A stretch of 41,133 bases of DNA. It comes from Chiloscyllium plagiosum (lineage: Eukaryota). Both the position numbers and the translations under genes were made by a program. The notes beneath the pieces are model-generated. The model was given only the letters and a program-made list of their open reading frames with translations, had not been told where the DNA came from and did not search any database. Location: assembly GCF_004010195.1 (NCBI RefSeq), contig NC_057752.1, positions 16,009,468-16,050,600 of the forward strand, given 5' to 3'. Of the stretch, positions 36,876 through 41,133 are shown piece by piece (positions within the stretch are counted from its first letter, which is position 1; every line of letters begins with the position of its first letter).

Positions 36876-37192
36876 TGTTTCAAATGTTCTGTTTGTAGTA
36901 TGTTTGTCTGCACATTCTTTAATCTTTGCCTGTGAAGAGACTCAGTACCAACTAGAAAATCATCCGATTGGAGCTAGTCAAAGTATTTGAAATTCACTTT
37001 ATTGGTCATACCCATTGTACAATAAAAAAAATTACATTCTAAGATTGTTCTATTGAAGTGGTACTGGCAGAAACCATTAAAAGCTAAAGAGGTATCCACC
37101 TTTGTTACATCAGATAGTTCATAGCAGCATCAAAGTTGAAACTTTATTGCTGGAACAGCACAGCAGGTCAGGCAGCATCCAGGGAACAGGAG

Positions 37193-37228
37193 ATTCGACG
37201 TTTCGGGCACAGGCCCTTCTTCAGGAAT
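37193..37228 (-). ncRNA. Minimal hammerhead ribozyme motif (PLE family 2)
   Basis: Reverse complement reads attc CTGAAGA a gggc ctgt gccc GAAA cg TC gaat; perfect stems I and II. Confidence 0.83.
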
Positions 37229-37495
37229 GAGCAGAGAGTGTTCAGCAGGAGAAGATAAAAGGTAGGGAGGAGGGACTTGGAGGAGGGGCGTTGGAAATGT
37301 GATAGGTGGAAAGAGGTCAAGGTAAGGGTGATAGGTCGGAGTAGGATGGAGGCGGAGAGGTCAACAAGAAGACTGCAGGTCAGGAAGGCGACGTGGTCGA
37401 CGGTGCCCTCCACCGCATCTCCTCCACTTCCAACTCCCCTCCTCCAAGTCCCTCCTCCCTACCTTTTATCTTCTCCTGCTGAACACTCTCTGCTC

Positions 37496-37531
37496 ATATC
37501 TGAAGAAGGGCCTGTGCCCGAAACGTCGAAT
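37496..37531 (+). ncRNA. Minimal hammerhead ribozyme motif (PLE family 2)
   Basis: atat CTGAAGA a gggc ctgt gccc GAAA cg TC gaat; weak stem I. Confidence 0.72.
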
Positions 37532-37915
37532 CTCCTGTTCCCTGGATGCTGCCTGACCTGCTGTGCTGTTCCAGCAATAAAGTTTCAACCAGGATTCGAA
37601 GGAGAAATTGTTAAGGGTGAGGACCAGTTCGGCCAAACGAATGAGAGTGTCAGTGGAAGGGTACTGTTGGGGACACCTGGAGAGGAATAAACAGAGGGCT
37701 TGGAGGCCCTGGTCATGGCGGATGGAAGGATTGGATATCCATGGTGAAGATGAAGCGTTGGAGGCCGGGGAAACAGAAGCCTTGGAGGAGGTGGAGGGCG
37801 TGGGTGGTGTCACGAACGTAGGTGGGGCCTCTTTCCACCTATCACATTTCCCCCGCCCCTCCTCCAAGTCCCTCCTCCCTACCTTTTATCTTCTCCTGCT
37901 GAACACTCCTTCCAG

Positions 37916-37951
37916 CCTCCTGAAGAAGGGCCTGTGCCCGAAACGTCGAAT
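37916..37951 (+). ncRNA. Minimal hammerhead ribozyme motif (PLE family 2)
   Basis: cctc CTGAAGA a gggc ctgt gccc GAAA cg TC gaat; 2-bp stem I. Confidence 0.72.
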
Positions 37952-38399
37952 CTCTGTTCCCTGGATGCTGCCTGACCTGCTGTGCTGTTCCAGCAATAAA
38001 GTTTCAACTTTGATCTCCAGCATCTGCAGACCTCACTTTCTCCTCATAGCAGCATCAAGTCATGCTATTCAGGTTTAAAAATGTTCTAGCTACATTCCAA
38101 ATCTATCAAATCAAATTTATTTAGACAATATCTTAAAATCCAGCAATACTGGACTGAACATGTAAAACAGAACCTTTTAAGCAGTGACAGATGACAATAA
38201 ATTTAGGCATAAATCCACTTGCAAAAGCAAGGATAATTTACCCAGCATACATTGGAAAGCAGGGGCAAGTATTGCCAAAAGTGAAGGCTCTGACACAATT
38301 CTCCATTCCTAAAACTAAATGGGAAATTGAGATTTAAGGGAGTATGTGGTTTTTATTGGAAACTTGTGCCTACTAATCTTTGCATAATAGCTATACCGA

Positions 38400-39950
38400 G
38401 GCCATAAGAAATAGGAACAGAAATGATTTGGCTCCTCAACTCTGCTCTGCCTTTCAATAAGATAGTGGCTGATCTGACATTCAGCATGCCCATTTTCCAT
38501 GCCTTTTCCCTGTAACCTGTGATTCCTCTACTAAGCAAAATCTATAAGATATAAGAGTAGAATTACGCCATTCAGCCCAGCTATGCTCCACTATTTGATC
38601 ATAACTGATACGTTTCTCTACCAAACTAATCAAGAAGCTATCTATCCCTGATTTAAGTACAATCAATGCCTTAACCTCCACAGTTTTTTGCAGCAATGAG
38701 TACTACAGATTGACTATCCACTATCTGAAGAATTACCTCCTCATTTCAGTTCTAAGGAGTTGTCACTTCAGTCTGAGGCTGTTCCCTCGGGTCCTAGTCT
38801 CTCCTCTTAGTGGAAACATCTACTCCATGTCCACTCTGTCAGGCTGTCAGTATTCTGTCAGTTTAAATCAGGTCTTCCCTCATCTGTATAAACTCTATTG
38901 TGTACAGACTCCTGAGTCCTCAACCACTCCTCATATAACCAGCCCCTCATCCTGGGATCATTGTCGTGAACCTCCTGCAGACCAACTCCAATGCCAGTAC
39001 ATCCTTCCTTAGATGCAAGGCCCAAAACTGCGCACAATACTCCAAATGTGATCTGAACAGAGTCTTATATAGCCTCAACAGTACATCTCTGTTTTTTGAA
39101 TTCTCGCCCTCCTGAAATGAATGCTAACATTGCATCTGCCTTCCTAACTACCAACTGAACCTGCTTGTTAACCTTAAGAGAATTCTAAACTAGGACTCCC
39201 AAGTCCCTTCTGCTTCAGATCTTCGAAGCCTTTCCCTATTTAGAAAATAGCCTATGTCTCTATTCAGCCTAGGAAAGTGCATAACCTCGCACATTCCCAC
39301 ATTACATGCTATCTTCCATTTCTTTGCCCAGCCTCCTAGCCTGTCCAAGTCATAAACTCTCACATGAAAGGGAACGTCCTCTCAGCATTTACCCTATCAA
39401 TCTCCTTAAGAATTTGATTATGTTTCAGTGAGATAACCTCTCATTCATTGAAACTCCTGAGTAGAGGCCCAAACTGTGCAACCCTTGCTCATAAGACAGT
39501 CCCTCCATACTGGGGTTTAACATACTGGGCGGCACGGTGGCACAGTGGTTAGCACTGCTGCCTCGCAGCGCCAGAGACCCGGGTTCAATTCCCGCCTCAG
39601 GCGACTGACGTTCTCCCCGTGTCTGCGTGGGTTTCCTCCGGGTGCTCCGGTTTCCTCCCACAGTCCAAAGATGTGCAGGTCAGGTGAATTGGCCATGCTA
39701 AATTGTCCGTAGTGTTAGGTAAGGGGTAAAGGTAGGGGTAGGGGTGGGTTACGCTTCGGCGGGTCGGTGTGGACTTGTTGGGCCGAAGGGCCTGTTTCCA
39801 CACTGTAAAGTAATCTATGTAATCTAATCTAATCTATAATGAATGTTCTCTAAACTGCCTCCAATGAAATAATATCTTTCCTCAGTAAATGGACCAAACT
39901 ATTCAGAGTACTCCATATGTGGTTTCACCAGCTTATACAGTTGCAGTAAG
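38400..39950 (-). mobile_element. Stacked degraded CR1 3' fragments
   Basis: Tails at ~38405 and ~38545; decayed HLEYCAQFW and RL.IEFIQ motifs; a further fragment continues at 40685-40785. Confidence 0.75.
39527..39836 (+). mobile_element. HE1-like SINE, young copy
   Basis: A box tggcacagtgg at 39538-39548, B box ggttcaattcc at 39582-39592, CpG-rich core, (taatc)n tail. Confidence 0.95.
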
Positions 39951-39954
39951 ACCT

Positions 39955-40681
39955 TATTTATGTTTATGTATTTATTATATTTTTATTTAGTGAAAAGTAT
40001 TGTACAGTGTTGCCATTCTCCAGTGCCATTTTAAAACACAGATAAATTAACTGAAACATAGAACATAAAGGTAGAAAAGAAATTCAAATCATGTTCAACT
40101 TTACAATCCTTCTTGATAAGTGCTCCGCCATGGGTCTCGTGGCCAGCCATGAGTCCACTGTCACTACTACTGTAACAAGAGTCGCCTCTTTTTGGCATCA
40201 TCTTGCTTCCACCAACAGCTCAGCCACTGAGTACTGAATCCTTGCTGGACCTCGCTAATGCAGCTACTGCACCAGTTCAAACTCTATTCTGCCACCACTA
40301 TGTGTCCGCTTTGGGCTCACCACTGCTGCAGCCCCTACTGATGTTTCCGGAACTCAATCTGGGTTCAACTCGCTGCTTCCACCTCCTGCACTAGATGCAG
40401 ATGCCACTGGGAACCCAAACTCACCTCCACTGAAGCAGGCATGAATCCGCTCTAGGACCACCTCATTGATGCAGAGACGCTGGGCTCATTTTGGATCCGC
40501 ACTGGGTTTGCTCACTGATCGCCACAAGTCCATGCTTGATTCACTCAGTAACGCCCGTGCCATTGCCACGACTGAGCTCTTCAACAAGAGTAAAAGAAAG
40601 AAAAAGAGAAGAAAAGAAACAAGAGAAACGGAATGACTGGACAATCCTTGGGTTCAGGAGCCCTACTCTGCTGTCATCTTG
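39955..40681 (-). mobile_element. Unclassified non-coding insertion within CR1
   Basis: CR1 sequence stops at ~39952 (gtaagac) and resumes at ~40686 (aagacttccctac); minus strand has an A-rich 3' end. Confidence 0.5.
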
Positions 40682-40844
40682 CTGAAAGACTTCCCTACTC
40701 TTGTACTTCAATGCCCTTGAAATGAAGGCCAACATTCGATTAGTCTCCCTGATTGCCTGCTGCACCAAAATGCTAACATTCTATGTTTCATTCACAAGCT
40801 TTTCATTATTTATATAAATGTGAATACAGGAGGTGTGTTCAGTC

Positions 40845-41133
40845 AGACTACTGCGACCCCTAGGACTCATAACGGCACACAAACCAACAGCCACGCTCAG
40901 ACAACAACTCACCAGAACGAAGGACCCGATACCCAACATGAGCAAAACTAATGTAGTGTACAAAATACCTTGCAAGAACTGCACAAAACACTATATAGGA
41001 CAAACAGGAAGACAGCTAACAATCCGCATACGTGAACATCAACTAGCCACGAAACGACACGACCAGCTATCCTTAGTAGCCACACACGCAGACAACAAGC
41101 AACATGAATTCGACTGGGACAACACTACTATCA
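40845..41133 (+). mobile_element. PLE (Penelope/Poseidon-like) linker and GIY-YIG, running off the window
   Basis: Open frame RLLRPLGLITAHKPTATLRQQLTRTKDPIPNMSKTNVVYKIPCKNCTKHYIGQTGRQLTIRIREHQ. Confidence 0.92.

Larger units (their letters stand above)
37134..38043. mobile_element. Young multi-segment PLE insertion with three hammerheads and an RT fragment
   Basis: 15-bp TSD tcatagcagcatcaa at 37119-37133 and 38044-38058; RT piece PSTDTLIRLAELVLTLNNFSF (minus) at ~37590-37820. Confidence 0.92.

Noticed and set aside
39527..39600. tRNA genes at SINE heads
   Set aside because: A/B boxes continue into the SINE core and LINE tail; tRNA-derived SINE, not tRNA
79..40984. The many 60-250 aa ORFs as host genes
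   Set aside because: They map to CR1, PLE or SINE fragments or their antisense strands; none spans a complete element ORF

Overview
Eukaryotic, repeat-dense, apparently intronic or intergenic DNA, most likely from a shark (inferred from the HE1-type V-SINE and HER1/CR1 LINE repertoire). No intact host gene is visible, and nearly all ORFs in the supplied track are fragments or antisense shadows of decayed retroelements. The window holds many CR1-clade LINE pieces (ORF1 SGNH-esterase, ORF2 APE/RT), about nine HE1-like tRNA-derived SINEs, one Rex-Babar-like LINE fragment, a possible solo LTR, a ~32-bp minisatellite and a 309-N gap. The most notable content is a dense set of Penelope-like element (PLE) insertions from at least three families. 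Each family carries a minimal type I hammerhead ribozyme motif (CTGANGA, stem II, GAAA, palindromic 4-mer, TH). Many copies are short inverted cassettes with 11-16 bp target-site duplications (TSDs). They include a perfect 85-bp-arm palindrome, a ~90-bp solo hammerhead insertion, a three-hammerhead retrozyme-like cassette and a PLE/CR1 chimera. A candidate 15-nt microexon (30023-30037, +) hints at a host gene. Family names come from motif recognition, not database searches, and boundaries of old elements are approximate.
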